A stretch of 63,280 nt of DNA, counting the filler, from Octopus bimaculoides (Eukaryota), in the NCBI RefSeq assembly GCF_001194135.2. It is 7 parts of 7 records of this genome, joined end to end, with 100 filler letters (N's around TTAATTAATTAA, not from the genome) between each part and the next. Parts side by side here need not be neighbours in the genome. Positions count along the whole stretch, not along the records: positions 62,100 to 63,280 come from NC_068985.1; 6 more parts are not named here. One strand, written 5' to 3'. Numbering within the stretch: the first letter of the stretch is position 1; the number at the start of each line of letters is the position of its first letter. Shown in pieces: positions 63,120 through 63,280 of the stretch. The notes below the pieces were generated by a model that saw nothing but the letters and a program-made list of their open reading frames with translations, did no database searches and had not been told where the DNA came from. Both the position numbers and the translations under genes were made by a program.

Positions 63120-63280
63120 TAGTTTTATTTTTATAACGTGCTTTCACTTCACTACCGAGCGCAGCTCTGTGCGCCTTGGGTATGTGCTGTGGTTTGCTGT
63201 GGTGCTCTTATGTTTACTGTATTGAAAGTGTTTTGCGTAGAATGTGTGCAGTACCCAGTAGTGCAATTTTCTGTATGTTA

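Overview
AT-rich, gap-ridden eukaryotic genomic DNA. The SINE families, (TAA)n/(TA)n/(CA)n load and LINE mix suggest an octopod cephalopod (inference). Two host genes are supported and face each other. (1) Three consecutive + strand exons of an E-NTPDase/apyrase (GDA1/CD39 family; 28166-28401, 30001-30293, 31600-31762); its 5' exons and last exon were not found. (2) A complete two-exon bursicon-beta-like cystine-knot hormone on the - strand (38623-38393 joined to 34836-34675; 130 aa, 11 Cys). Most other recognisable sequence is decayed mobile DNA: R4/Dong-like LINEs in (TAA)n arrays, RTE and Jockey/CR1-like LINEs, a Penelope-like (GIY-YIG) element, DD37D and DD34D Tc1/mariner remnants, a Tigger-like mini-element and several tRNA-derived SINE families. 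The most interesting signal is at the RNA level: at least four distinct minimal hammerhead-ribozyme motifs. One sits in the tail of a tRNA-headed SINE that lacks a poly(A) tail and shows Penelope-style 5'-inverted ends. The internal (TAA)n of that SINE also appears to act as a landing pad for R4/Dong elements. A ~260-bp palindrome lies near the window end. Repeat boundaries were read by eye and are approximate (tens of bp). Splice coordinates were counted directly. No database search or folding program was run.
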